From Monocercomonoides exilis PA203 (Eukaryota; Protista; Preaxostyla): a stretch of DNA of 64,000 nt. The notes beneath the pieces were generated by a model. The model worked only from the letters and a program-made list of their open reading frames with translations. It was not told the origin of the DNA and did no database searches. Numbering within the stretch: the stretch's first letter is position 1; every line of letters starts with the position of its first letter. A program made the position numbers and the translations under genes. Positions 49,101 to 63,152 of this stretch are shown here, piece by piece. Where the stretch lies: the NCBI GenBank assembly GCA_001643675.2, contig LSRY02000004.1, positions 1,550,001 to 1,614,000 on the forward strand, written 5' to 3'.

Positions 49101-52100
49101 GCTTCCTGCTCTTCCGCGACTCGATGGACGCGAAGTCTGTCCTGCAACAGCTGCATTTGCTGATGAATTCTGCGCTTCTTTTTGTTCATTTTTTTCGAAG
49201 TTCACTCGCATTCTCTCTTCTCTTTCTTGCTCTTCGACAATTCGCTCCTTCTCTCTTTCTTCTTCCTCTGCAATTTCTGCAATCACAGATGCAATGCGCC
49301 CTGCATCGTTTGTGTTGATGAGGTCTCCAAGACAATCATCAGCAACTCTTTGTGCTGAATCAAGGAGCTCCAATGCAGATGCTATGTCCTGTGAATGAGA
49401 ATCGTGAAACGCTCGATAGAAGTTCAGCGATGATGAAGAGCTTGATTCATTTGATTCTGAATCACCATCAAGATTCATTGAGATCGATTTTTTGTTCAGT
49501 TGCAACCAACAAAGCAGCATAATCACGTAAACAGAAAGGATTGATGAACCTTGTGAATCTGTTATCTCCTTCGCCTTCACAATAAGCGCCTCAGCTTCAT
49601 CCACAGCAGAATATGTGGACGTTGGCAGAGGCCAGCGGAACGTCCATTTTGCAGATTGTATTTTGTTCAGTGCTTCAACACAGCTAACAAAAGATGCCAT
49701 AATCAATGCGTCATGCGAATGAGCAGGCAGAAGAGCCGGAAGCTTCATTCCCAGTTCTCGCACATTCGACAAGAATGGTGCTAGGAACTGTTGGATTGGA
49801 ACGAGATTGGCACCTTTCTTTGCACTGGATCCACACAAAACACGAGCAGTTGGGTTTGAAGCAATCCACACAACAAGGCGAACGACACTCATCCACTGAA
49901 GAGGTGTGCTCTTGAAGCGCAAAAGCGATTGAATGTGCACAAGTGCTTCATCATCTCTTCCCTGCAAGAAGAGAAGAAGAGCAATTCCAAGTCGGGATCG
50001 GAACTCGGCAGTTGGACCAGAGCGATAGCCCATCAATGAACGAATGAGCGCTTCAGAAAAGAATGATTGTGCCTGTGTGAAAAGAGACAGTTCGAACAAA
50101 GATTCTCCGATGGAAATGAATATCTCGTGCAATTCTGGTGGATGCAATGAATGCTCAAAGAGATATGACATTGCAGAGCCAGACGCAGATGAATTGGCAC
50201 TCTTTCTTCTGACAGCCTCTCTTCCTTTGCTGATGTCATCATCTCTCCAATCACTCATATGAATCAAATCAATTCCTCTCTCTCTGTTTCTGATCGCTTT
50301 TTGCAGAAGAACTTCTGCATCAAACAAGAGCGAGTTGAGATCGAGTGCAGAGCGTGGACGTCTGGGCAGAAGCTCTGCAGTCTGTGTTTGTACAGCAGCA
50401 AAGCGAGAGAGTGAATACGGTGTGAACTGTTGGGAGAGGAGTGATGCCATGTCTTCGGTTGAAAGGGAAGAAAATGGAGAAGGAAAGATATAACGTGGAA
50501 CTTGTGTATTTGTATCGGATGTGCTGTTTGATGCATTTGTTGACTGCGATGAACTTGCTGCATTCTTATTGCTAACCATACCAGAAGCTGGTCTGCTTCC
50601 TTTTCTTTCAAGTTCTTTTCCTTTTGCACCACCTTTTTCTCCTCCTCCGCTTCCAGCAGCACTTGACCCAACACCTGTATTTCCACTTTGACCGGCTTCA
50701 GAAGAGATTCCATTTCCTGCGTATTGTTTCATTTCGTCCATCACTTGCTGGTAATCGCGTGCTTGGTCAGAACTAAATCCTAGCTGGTTCCACACTGACT
50801 GAGAATCAATAGGCGGAGAGGAAGAAAGAGGAGAGCTCAACAAATAAAGCGGAAGAGAGAAAGAAGAAGAAGGGAACGGGAATCGAAGAAGATGTGTTGC
50901 AATTGGAACTGGAAACACAGATGCGATGATGCAAGCCCTTCGCAGTCTGGCTGCCAATAATTGAGGATTCTTGCTGTTGTCCTTTGTTGTGTCTTCTTCA
51001 ATCATCTGCTGCCAACCTGATTTTGAACCAGTTTTATCCGTTTGATTGCCATTGGAAGAGGAAGAACTGTTTGAATCTCCCTCAGCTCCATTGCTTTCAT
51101 CAGGCAACCCTCCAACTTTGCTTCTCTGGCAGAGTTCGATTATTAATTCACTCAGCACCATTGCAGGTCCAGTTAGTTGTGCAGCACCCATCGCTCTGAA
51201 TTTGTCGATGAGACATGACAAGTAAAATACGCTTCTTTCCGGCTTCGGGAACGATCCTCTGTTTATTCCTCTTCCTGGTGGAAGAGAATGGAGTGTTGTT
51301 TTGAAAGGAGCAGAAGGATTGAACAGCAGCCATGCTGCTTCAGTCATTGGCAAACGATATGTCACTCCGAGAATTCCAGGCTGTTGGGAAAACGCATTCG
51401 CCATTGGAGATGGAGTGACAGATGGAGTTGTTGACTGATTGAGTGATGGAGTGATGGAGGAGCGCATAGCAGCATTATCCCCGTTTCCTTGTTGTTGTGT
51501 CTGACTCATCATCATTCGTCTTTGATATCGTCTCGCTTTCTCTTTCTCCTTCAACATTCTCATTGCCAAGCGAGAGGCTTTAGTGTTCGCTGCCTCTGTT
51601 GCCTTTTCCCAGATGTCGTTCACAGCCTTCATTGCAATAAAAAGGCTTGCTCTTCTTCTCCCTTCGTCTGCAGCTATCTCACTCAGCATCATGTTGACTG
51701 TGATCATCATCTCTAGATGTCGTATATCCAACTTCTTCGGCATCTTCGACTCACCTATCTTTCCCTTTCCGGGAATGCCTCGCTTCGCTCCTCCGCCAAA
51801 TCCTGCTGCTGTATCCATCATACTTGAGCGGTACGTGCTGAGCGAATCAAACGAAGCTAGTGAAGTGATTGAGCGCTGTGTTGACAAAAGCGCTTGTGAA
51901 GTAGTTCTTGCAGAAGACAGAGACATCAGACTGTCGTTGCGATGGAGAGCAGAGTTGGAGCTTGCTGTCATTGAAGAAACAGAGCGAAAGCCACCATAAG
52001 GTGATGCTCGTCCACTTGCTGCTGAGACTAGCCCGCTTCCAAAATGAGGAGAAGGAGAAGGAGAAAAAGAGGATGTGCCTTTGAATGTGGAACCTTTCTC

Positions 52101-55100
52101 CCTCTCTCGCTCTCTGAGGAGCTCCTTGTCTGCTTCTTCTTGCTCTTCAACAGCAGACAGAATGTCGTGTGCTGCACAAAGCACGTCTTCTGCATCTTCC
52201 ACTCTGCCTTGCATTGCCAGCCACGAAGCAAACAGTGAAAGTGGTTCGACCTGGTTTATATCACCTTCCAGTGCGCAAACAGCCTTCTGATAAAACATTT
52301 GTTGCTCTTCTTTGTTGTCTGTAGCGTCTGCAAGCTCCAAATACACCATCGACTGAAGCGACGGCGCAAATGCACCGACACCTGCAAGCTCAGCGTCTGC
52401 ATTCGCACCACTTCGACGCAGGAACACCACACGCGATGCGATGCAAGTGGCTGAATGAGAAGGCGGAAGCAGTTGCAGGCAAAGAGTGCTCACAGTGACA
52501 CCTCTCTTTGCTGCCTCGTTGGAGCTGGAAGATGTTCTGGAGACAGACGAAGGAGTTCGAAGTGGAGTCGGAGGAGGAGATGCTAAAGAAGAGGATGAAT
52601 TGGCAGCACTCGAAGAAGACTGTTGTTTGAGGGAGTTGAGTGCGAAAGTTGTGAGAGCAGAAATTGAGTCGATATCTTCGACAGTCAAACGTGATGTGAA
52701 GGCATCAGTCAAATCTTTTGTAAAAGCAGGCGGAGAACATAGACGAGCAATTGCATTTTGAGAGGCAGTGGCTGGATAGGAAGGAACATTGTGCTGAGTA
52801 GCAGATGATTCAGCAGATGTTCGCTGAGATGCTGGATTCAAAGTGATGACTGGAGGATTTGCTTCGTCAGAGCGATACACTTCTGGTGCATCTGTTGTTG
52901 ATCTCAGTCTTTCCCTTTGCAACTGCCTTTCCTTTCTTGCTTGAATCCTCTTCTCCTTCTTCTCTTCCTCATCACCCATCCCCCACCACTTCTCCTCTCT
53001 CATCACTTCCTTCTTGAACGTCTTCAGATACTTCTCCCAGTTCTCTCGCGCTGCGCCTTTCATCGCCTGCGGGTCCATCAACAACACAGACGCTGCACAC
53101 ACACGAAGCGCTTCAAGCACATAGGCAGCAGCACCTGTGATTCCGCCCTTCAAAGCAGGTGGAGATGATGCAAACAGAGATACTTCAACGACGTCGTGAT
53201 TGAAGTCGCTCATGTTTGCTTCGGATCGACTGCTTTTGTCTGAAGAATGTTTGCCTTTCACAAGCTGAGACAAGTTATTTACACTCTCCTGCATCTGCGA
53301 CAATCTCGAAGAGTTATCTTTGATTGCCTTTTTCTTCTCTTCTTCGTGTTCTGTCTGCATCAGACTCTTTCTCTCGACCGTCACATCCAAATCTTCTGCA
53401 GCAGCAACAACCCGCTGCATCACTCGCTCTGCGTAAAGAGTTAATCGCAGATCGCTCAGCACTGCACTCAAAACAGCAGCAGCCACACAATGCTGCCCAG
53501 CCTCCACAAACAAACGAGAGGCATACGAAGGATCAATGGTTCCATCACTTTCTTTGGATTTTTGCTGAGAAGTCATCAAGTTGGTATCAGATTCATTGTT
53601 TGTCTTATTGTCATCTCCATTATAATTGTCACCACTTCTGCTGATCTGGCTGCGTGAACTGCTGTGCAGCTGCCCGCAAATCGATGAGGCATAAAGCGAA
53701 TGCAACTGAGAAGCAGATCTGACAAAGACAGCAGAAGTTGTGGAGAGAAGCGATGTCACGGGGATGGGCGATAATGTTGGTGGTACAAACTCCATGTCAG
53801 ATGCAAATGAGGAAGTGAACTGTGAATCTGTTGGGAATGAGAAGGTGAAAGGTGTTGATGTGACTGAATTTTGAGATGAAGCATTTGTGGGCTCTTTTGG
53901 CTTCTTCGCACCTTTGTCAGCTTGGCCTTGCTCTTTCACTATTTTTTTTCCTTCAGAAGACGCTGGCCGCTTGTCGTCTCCTGCTTTTGCTGTTTTCTTC
54001 TTTGCCCCAGCTTCGTTCTCTTTTCCATCCGCTCTTCTTCCTCCTGTTTCATCAGACAGCAAATCTCCATCTTCGTCTTCGTCTTCCGCATACCCTTCGC
54101 CCAATGTTCTCCATTGATCTCCATATTTCTCTCTCATCCTTGTCTCTCTCACACACGCAAGTCCATTACGAGAACAGCGTTGTGCACAGCGCATTTCGTC
54201 TGCTTCGATGCAGATGTTGCTCAGCTCTGCCCAAACAGCAGTGGAACTCGCCATCGCAGCCACTTCAGTGGCATTCTGCAGCAGAGATGAAAAATGCTTC
54301 AGAGGAAGAGAAGTCAGAATCTGAGAGGGATTGGAGGATCCTGCTGATGATGATGCAGACTCTCCAAGAGAAGAAGTTGATTGCTGAGGTGCTGCTGATG
54401 ATGCTGATGGAAATCCCAGTGAATCCATCGGGCTCTTTTTCTTTTCGGGCGCTCGCTCAGAAATCAGAATTTCGAGTATTTCGAGAATGGCAAATGAAGA
54501 CAGGAGCGGAGTTGGTACAGCAGCTGAGGCTGAAAGCATCTTGAGAAGCTCAGACGTTGGTGGAAGAGGCTGCAATTGAAGTTGCATTGACTGATCAGCA
54601 GTCGATGAAGATGAAGAAGATGCAGAAGATCCTGCTGCCAGTTGAGAAGTCGAAGCATTTGCTGAAGCAGAAGCAGAAGCTGCTGTTGCTGCTTTCCCTT
54701 TACCAGCTGCTTTGGTTGTAGTACTTTGTTCAGGCACAGTCTCATTCATTTTCAAAGCGCTGCTTTCCTCTTCTGCTGAAATGCCCAATTTCGCTCTTCT
54801 CTTCTCCTCTCTCTCTTTTCTCCTCTGCTCCCTCACTTGCTCCTTCACTTTCTCCTTCTCTCTCTCCTTCTCCTTCTCTGCTGCTATGTCTGCCAGCACT
54901 TTTGTCCCCGGGATCCATCCATTCATCATCCACCACGCACGAGCACGATGCTGAGCCAAGCGGCGCAGTCGGTGCAGGTCTGTGCTTTCACTCAGGGGCT
55001 GTCTGCCATCAACGTCTTCTTTGCAGAAGAAGGCCAAGACAGCATCACAGATGCGGACACACTCTTGGAGCTCGTAGCTGGATGGGAGGTCGATTGGCTG

Positions 55101-58100
55101 AGGTGGAACGTCAGCTGGATTTTGCGAGGAATTTGCTGAAGGTGAAGAAGAAGAAGAAGATGATGATGATGATGCAGAAGATGAAATTTTTGTGTGATTG
55201 ACTGGTGGAATAGTGTCAACAAATGGATGTGAAAGAAGGCGAATTGCTCTTCGAAGCAGATGCTCATGCTGCAAAGGAATCGAAGAGTCTGTTCTTTTTT
55301 GTTCATTGGCTCTGTCTCCAGACGATGAACCGTCTTCGTCCTCGTCTTCGCTCCCCTCTTCTCCTTCATTCTCCAAATCATCTTCGCTTTCATCATCAAA
55401 AATATCATCATCTTCATCATCGTCGTCATCTTCATCGTTATCATCATCTTCTCCTTTATTCGCATTCTCTTTCTTCTTCCTTTCTTCTTCTTCCTTCATC
55501 TTCTGCTCTCTCTCTTTCTCTTCTCTTTCTTTCCTCTCTCTTTCAGCAGACGCGGCTCTGCTTGCGTCTTTCCTTGGCGATGTTCCTCTTCCCGCTGCTG
55601 CTTTCGCCTTCGCTTTGGGATCCTTTTTTGCTTTTGCAGCAGCCTCTTCCTCTTCTTTCCTCTTTCTTTCTTCCTCTTCCTCCTTCAACTTCCGCTCTCT
55701 TTCCTCTTCTTCCGCTTTTCTCCTTTCTTCTTCCTCTTCTGCTTCCACATCAATCCCCATCATCCGCTTCCTTCTTCGCTCTTCTTCTTTTCTTCTTTCT
55801 TCTTCTTTCTTCTTCCTCTGCTTCTCCAACTTCCTTGCTTCCCTCTCTGCCTCTTTCTTCTCCCTTCTCGCTCTCCTTTCTTCTCTCAATCTTTTCTTCT
55901 CTGCTTTCTCCTTCAATACTTTCGCTGTGATACTTGGCGGAAGTGGTATCTTCTCCTCTTTGTATATCCTCTTCATGCCTTCTTCTTTCACTTTCCACAA
56001 AAACGTCAGCTGAAGCGACTCTGCATACAGCTCAGCCACAGAAATGAGGACGCGAAGCCTGTCTGCGAAATAAGGATTCGAAAAATCAAACGACGAAAGT
56101 TCAGCAGGAGGCGAAAGAGACGGCGGAAGATGATTCTCGCTGAGTCGTGTGATTAATGTGGTGAATGGAGCATATTTACTGAGCTCTTTCTTTTTGCCTT
56201 CTTTCTTTTTGTTCTGTTCACCACTTACATCATTTGCTCCATTTTTATCTCCGCTTTCTTTTCCTGCTCCTTCTCCATCGCTCATCTGTCTCAATGGGCT
56301 TTTGTCTCTTCCTTGTTCTCCTCCTCCTCCTCTTTTCCCCTTCGCAGAGCCTGGTTTGCCTCCACGCGATGCACTTGTCGCTCTTCCTGTGCTGTTCTTG
56401 CTGTCTTCTTTGCCTGCTGCTGTTGCTGCTCCAGTTCCGTTTTTCGATGAATTGCCTTCAGCCGCGTTCTGTTCAGCTGATGCGACAGAAGGAGGAATTG
56501 TGTTGATGCTGGCAAATTCAGCTCCCGACGACATCAGCCCAAACAACGCTCTGAAAGTGATGCGCGAGGGCAGGCACAGATGCAGCAGCGAGTGCTTAAT
56601 CACATCGTTCCTCGAGTAGTTGCAGACGTAGCTTGCTCCGTTCGATACAAACGAGATCTCTGGAATTTGAGCCGCCAGCGCTGCGCCTTTCGCAATGAAC
56701 ACAAACGACTTTCTCGTTTGTAGCGCTTCTGCTTCGATTCCTCGTTGCTTCAGCAGCTTTTGGCTCTCCTTCGTTTTCTTGCTCAGCCAGGTTGATGGAT
56801 CAGTCGATAAGAAGTTTTGCTCGTCTTCTTCTTCTCCGCATGCAATGAGTGATTCGCCTTGAATGAAGAAGTCCTGTGCCATCATAATCTTAATGTCTCT
56901 AATGTTCTGTTGAATATGAGGATTCAGTTTCTGTAATTGAGCAGAAGCTGAATTGGATGAAGAAGCAGACGGAAGTGCAGACGAAGACGAGCTGTTTTTG
57001 AGAGCGCTGCTTGGCCTTCCTTTCGATTTGGGTGAAGTTGCCATTGCATTCCTCTCTTCTTTCTTTGGAGTTCTCAATTCACCTCCTTCCTTCACTCCAC
57101 CTGTTTCTCTCTCATCCCCTTTTTCTCCTTCACCCGCTGCTCCTTTGCTCCCTCCAACTCTTTCTTCTGAGCAGCCAAACAGCACTTTCTCGCCAATCCC
57201 GCACTGAACATAAGCAAAACGCAGGGCATTTAGAGAAGCCTGTTGAGCTACACGGAAGAGGCGTGCCTGGTGGGCGACAACAGCAGCGTCAGTCCAGAGA
57301 CGGAGGAGAGAAAGAAGACGCATTCCGACGGCTTTGCTGTCGTGCTCGGATGAAGATGAAGGGGAAGAAGAAGAGGAGGAGGAGGATGGTGATTGTGATG
57401 TGGATGATTGTGCAGACTCGGCATTCTTTAAAATAACAAAATCATTAATCAAGAAAAAAAGTTTAATATTCAAAGAAAAAAGAAAATAAACATTAAAAAA
57501 TGAGAGAGAAAGAGAAAAAAAAATTGAATCAAACAGCTGCAGATTGTTCAGCAGTGCTGCAAATGTCAGCGGAGGCAGCAGCTGTCTCAGGTGGGACAAC
57601 GATGTCTGGAAGACTGTCTTCACTTCCCTTTTCAGCACGCGTCAGAGCAGCCATCGCTCTTTGGAGAATTGGTTCAACACTCATTGCTCCTTTAATATTT
57701 TGAAAAAGGATAAAGTATTAAATATTTTGAAATTGCAGATAAAGTCATAAATATAACGTTAATACAAATAAAACATATAAACTAATTAATTAAAAACCTT
57801 TTGCTTTCCCAGACTCATTCTGAAAAGCTCCCGCCCCTGCTCTTTCTCCACTTGTCATTCGAACAGAATCCTTCGCTCTTGCAATCAACAGTGCTGCCTG
57901 CTCCAGTGCACTCTTCTCTTCTCCCAGCGGCGCCAGCTTCAGCCTCACCTCCTCTTCTGCCACACTCACCAGGCGCTGCAAGTAATCAGAGCCGTAAATG
58001 CCTCTCGCTTCCCCAGTTCCTTCCACATCTGCTGCTTCTGCCCTCTTTAGCAGCAAATGCGCTGGAGGCAGCAGATCATTCTGCAAGTCACAGAACGCAG

Positions 58101-61024
58101 CTTCTGTTTGAAGAAGCGCCAGAAGCTCGACTTTGTTCGACCCGATGGCAGAAAGCGCGTTCACAGCAGAATGAAGTGGGTTGGAGATGAGTGGATATGT
58201 GGCTGGTGCAAAGAGGGGCAGGCAGATCTCATAGAGAACCTCACACCCGCGCTCCACAATAGCTGCTTTTCCCTGTGAATAGTCCAGTCTCAGAGCAGAC
58301 CGCAGGCATTCCCCGACTTTCTTCACGATACCCACACGCCACTCCACACATTCTGCTTCCATCCGCTCTGCATTTTTACCTCTCTGTCGCATCTGCACAC
58401 ACAGCTGAGTCAGCTCCATTTGTGTCTTTGTGGCTGCACTCACACCCGCTGCAGAGGAGGCGAGGTCGATGAGAACAGAGCAGCAGAGTGGATACCCCAG
58501 CCACTCGAATATCTTGGCACATTCAGCAACAACCACCCACAGGACAGACACGGTTGACTGCTTGGGAACAACAATGGAGTGCGATGGAAGAAGGGAAGAG
58601 AGTGTTTGTGGCTGGGAAGACGAAGCTGAGAAAGATTGGATCAGAGAAGATGAACTTGAGGCAGATGAGGGTCTTCCAGAATCTGAAGAATCTTTTGCTT
58701 TGCTTTTATCTTTGGATTTCTTTTCTTTCTCACCAGCTCCTCCTCCTAAACTTCTTTCTCCTGTCCATCCATAGATCGTATCTCCTCCAAACTGGCACAG
58801 CTCATCTGCATCGTCTTCTCCTTCTCCTTCTTTCTCTTTCTCTTTCTCTCCTTTCTGTGTACCTGTTTTGGTCTTTGGATCCTTCTTGTTTGTATCGCTG
58901 CCTTCCATTTCTCCCTTTTCTCTCTCCTTTTCTCTCTTCTCTTCTCTCTTATCCAGTTCTGCCTGAGTTAAATTCCATCCAACAAGACTCTTCATCTCTT
59001 CTGGTGCAAACTGACTCGTTGTCATTCGAAATCTCATCCGTTCAATTGCATCTCCTCTACTCTCTCTTTCTTCCTCTTCTTCTTCCCTTTCTTCTTCTGA
59101 ATCCGTCCCCACTTTTCTCGCAGCTGTTCCACGTGCTTTTATCCTCCTCTCTCTTTCGATCCTTCTTCTTTCTCTCTCTTTCCTCTTCTCCTCCTCCGCA
59201 AGTGCCACTACTCTTCTCTGCAGAAGCAGCAGAGTCTCTTCATTCAGTCCGCATTCACACAGCACACTCCACACGGCATAATGTGCAGCTGAGACTGAAG
59301 ACTGCGCAGAAGGCACGCTTCCGCAGCTGATCGCACACAAACGAGAGAGAAGCGACGAGACAAGTGCGGGTGATTTCTGAAGGGTAAATGGTGGAGTGAT
59401 GTCTGATTGAAGTGATAAAGAAGAAGAAGAAGAAGACGCTGCACCTTTCGTTCCTCGTTCGCCAGATGCCTTTGCCCCTTTTGTTTTGTCTGCCATTGGA
59501 GAAGCAGTGACAATCGTGTCAGACATCTGTCCAGAGGAGGAAGAGCCATCTCTGTTCAAAGAGGCCTGTGCAAGCTCGTCGGCAGCAGCAACCGGATTTG
59601 AAATGAAAGACGGCTGCTCAGAAAGAGTGAGGAGGATCTGTGCGCGGAGTGAAGGGCGGAGTGGAGATTCTGGGTGGAGATAAGGGGGAAGGAGGTCAAT
59701 GATAGAGTGACGTGAAGAGGAAGAGGAAGTGGAAGTGGAAGATGATGATTGTGATGATTGTGATGATGAGGCAGAAGCTGAGACTGCTGATGAAGCAGCT
59801 GATGAAGGACGAGATTTTGTTCCAGAAGAACCTGGTCGTTTGCCTTTGGCCTTGTCTTTCTCTTTTTCTTTCGTTGCTTCTTTCCCTTTCGTTTTGGATA
59901 AGCTTGAATCGTTTCCCCCTTCGCCTTCTCCTTCTTCATCAACCAGTCCTTCTTCTTCAGCAAATGCACGAAGCAATTCAGTTTCAGTCTGTTGAGCAAG
60001 TTGTAGTGCATCTGCAGCCACTTTTCTTGAACTTTCATATTGTCGAGTGTCTAAATATGCCCGTGAAAGTTCACTTTTTTTTTCACAAATTTCATTCAAA
60101 TATTAAATTGACATATTTTTGTGGTATTATTTAAAAAACAATATTGTAAAATATGTGGAAAAATTTTCAAGGTTTTAAAAATGATATAAAATGGCAAACA
60201 TCATAAGTTCAACGCGATACACATTACCGTTAGCAATGTGAGGAAAGGTATATCCCTCCTGCAATGAAAGAGGTGATTGCCTTCTTACTGCGGTCACTCC
60301 CTTATCATTTGCGTTTTCTTCTTCTTCTTCTTCGCTTTCACTACTAGAAGTCCACTGATTTTTCCAAATGGATACATCGTTTGCAGTGTCCATCAGCAGT
60401 TGATTGCATATTTCGTTCATTTGTTCAAGAGAAGAAATTAAATGTTTCCTTCGTTCAGGTCTCATAAGGGGTCGTGCACATCTAAAGAAGTGCAAAACTC
60501 CAGAAGCTATTAGATGATGATATGAAGAACCATGTTCTTTTGATAATGATATTCCTTCAAGTATCTTGGCAATTGAATCTAAAATTCGTGTTATCATCGC
60601 CTTTTGATTGAAAAATCAGCGTAATTAAAAATACATTTCATGAAAGAGCATTAAACATCAATTTCAGTTGAAATTACTTTTAGAAAAATATTCTATAACC
60701 TGTTGTTTTAAACTTACAGCTTCAGCAGCATAAACTTCCGCTTGTCCATATAACGCGCGAATCATAAACTGATCCTTCGGTGGCGGAGGATAGCTGCTCA
60801 TAAATGTATCAAATGATACTTTTGCTCTTGGTATATTGCCATTCTTAAATCATAAAAATTGAAATATGTCGAAATCAAGAAAACAATCATTCATTTGGAA
60901 CCTTCAAGTATTCTTCTCCAGTAAGAACAAGAGGAGCACCAAATTGTTTTTCATTTTGGTTTGATGCTGTTTGTTTTGCGTCACGCTCGGCATAACCAAC
61001 AGGACGCGTGAGGGTTTTTATCAT
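40170..61024 (-). CDS. CFAP46: Cilia- and flagella-associated protein 46 (TTC40/FAP46) homologue, ~6,700-6,800 aa, about 6 exons
   Basis: Blocks recognised in CFAP46 order: PLVLTGEEYLK, DQFMIRAL, YHHLIASGVLHFFRCARPLMRPERRKHLISSLEQM, LYEICLPLF...LLALLQTEAAFCDLQND, LWTDAAVVAHQARL, and the C-terminal ADLIFHSLPFESL...SICREFS and YYGLP. Exons approx. 61024-60902, 60843-60700, 60600-60200, 60072-57800, 57690-57537, 57425-40170. Confidence 0.8.
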
Positions 61025-61078
61025 TTCGAAACGTCTCCCTTACTTTTAAATTTTTTCATTTTTGAAAGCATTTATTTT
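61025..61078. promoter_or_regulatory. Putative minimal bidirectional promoter between CFAP46 and the LRR gene
   Basis: Divergent ATGs at 61024 (-) and 61079 (+), 54 bp apart. Confidence 0.5.
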
Positions 61079-62302
61079 ATGAACAGTAAAGAACCTGTTT
61101 TTTCAGACTTATGCGTTTGTACGCATGTTCATTATGGAACATGTGTAGCGCGTAGTCTCGGTCTTACGGATGCTTCTTTTGTCTCTGACCACAGACATTT
61201 GCATAAGGTATTTTTCTTAATTATTCTAATGATTATATTTTTGTTATTATTGTGAAAATAGATAGATGTTTCTGATAATGAGATTGAGAGTTTATCTCCA
61301 TTTGAAGGATTGGAAGAATTGTTATATTTGAAAGTTACTCATAACAAAGTGAAAGCTTTGGATTTCGAACCTTTTATTGTGGAAGTTCTCAATGTATCGT
61401 TTAATTCACTAACAAAAATAACATCTTTTTCTGCAGCATTTCTTACTGAACTCGATCTTTCTCACAATGAAATCACTGAACTTGATGAATTAAACCTTCC
61501 TCACCTCAGATACCTCAATCTTAGCTTCAACAAAATCACTTCTTTAGAATTTGTTCCAACTCTTCCTGCCTTGCGCACTCTCAATGTGGTTTGTATTATT
61601 TTAATAATTCTTCAAACGATTAAAAAATTGATTTATTACAGTCTCACAACATGATAGACACTTTCCAGCCAATAGTAGGACATTCCGAAATAAAAACCGT
61701 TGATATTTCACATAATTGTCTTGCATCTTTATGCACTCTTGTACCCCTGTACTCTCTCCAAAGCCTTGATCTTTCATCAAATCAAGTTTGAATATTTTGA
61801 TATTTTAATCAATAAAATATGTTTATTTATAATTAATTCTTTATTACTATTCTTTCAGTTGTCAGATCTGCGTGAAACAATTGACAATTTGAAGGATGCC
61901 ACTTCTTTAAATACACTCGATGTACGGGACAATCCATTTTGCTCTTTTGAATCACTAAAGGTAATGTTCACTGCACCCCAGCAAGATACTGCTGCACCTT
62001 CCATTCCATCTTCTCCCTCGTTTGGGGCTTCCTCATCTTCATCAGCTGCAGCCTCCTCATCTTCTTCTGCTCCTGTTGGAGTTCAGCAGACAGACCCAAC
62101 CTCTCCACGAAGCATCTGCTCGAAGGCAACAACTTCTTCAGGGAATCCGAGACTGACACAGCTGAGAGAAAGGCTAAGAGAAGAGTTTCTGGTGGGTCTT
62201 CCCCTTCTTATCCAGATGGATGGAACTGAAATAACTGCAGAGGAAAAGGTGCTTGCTATCAACCACAAATCTCTCTCTTCATATATTCCTCCACGTGTTT
62301 GA
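61079..62302 (+). CDS. SDS22-type leucine-rich-repeat protein, LRGUK/LRRC23-like (LRR region only), multi-exon
   Basis: LxxLxLSxNxI repeats (LTELDLSHNEI, LRYLNLSFNKI, LNTLDVRDNPF), an N-terminal GLTDASFVSDHRHLHKIDVSDNEI segment, and an LRR cap LPLLIQMDGTEITAEEKVLAIN. GT-AG introns near 61209-61261, ~61589-61641 and ~61786-61858. Confidence 0.75.
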
Positions 62303-63152
62303 ATATAAAATAATTTCTAGATTTTTTCTTTAATTAAAATGAAAAAAAACATTTTAAAAATCAAAATTATTTCAAATGTTTTGATATTATTTTGACTTTC
62401 CACAATAATTCAGTGATTTTGTTGTCTCATCCTTCTTTTGTTATTTTTTCATTATTCCACTCATTTCATAAATGATTTTCTTTGCGTTTATTTTTTTTAA
62501 ATTTTTGTTGTTCTTTGATGTTATGCGACTTTGAAATATACTTGAATAAAAACTGAAAAAAGAAATGAAAAAGAAAAATGAAAGTCAACCTCAGGAAATA
62601 ATATCTGATAAGTGGAAAACAAAAGAAAATTAATTCAAAAATGAAAAACAAAAACTCAAATAAAAAATAAAAAGTTTACATTTTAAGAACAATTCCAAAG
62701 TGAACTGATAAAAGAAAACAAAAACTTATTCATTCAAAAAACAGTAACGAAAATGCAATGATAGAAAAAGCTCAAAAAATCTTTCAAATAATCAATAAAC
62801 AGATAAATATAATATCAATGTTAACCCACACACATAGAAAATCGAACACTGTACAAAAAAAATACCATTTTCAAATTTTTTGTGGAAAAACTTAAAAATA
62901 TCCAAAAAAATACTTAAAAAACAAAAAACACAAAACATTAAAAAAGCGATACATGTTTCTACTCAAATATTTTCGAAGATTACATAATTCAAAGCTTTAA
63001 CGAAAAAATGAAACATAACTATTCAAATGTGCATATAACTAATTCCTTTTTATTTTTATTTTGTATTTAATATTCTTTTATTAAATAATTTCAATTCTCC
63101 GTAATTTAGCAACAAAAAGTGCTTTTCAGTTTTGTTGAATTATTACCAATGT

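Noticed and set aside
57426-57638. N-terminus of the 5,822-aa ORF as printed in the track
   Set aside because: It reads through an AT-rich intron (FFSLSLSFFNVYFLF...); the real exon starts at about 57425 and joins upstream CFAP46 exons.
40321-60134. Numerous short antisense and alternative-frame ORFs over CFAP46 and the receptor genes
   Set aside because: Shadow frames of low-complexity coding sequence with no independent motifs.
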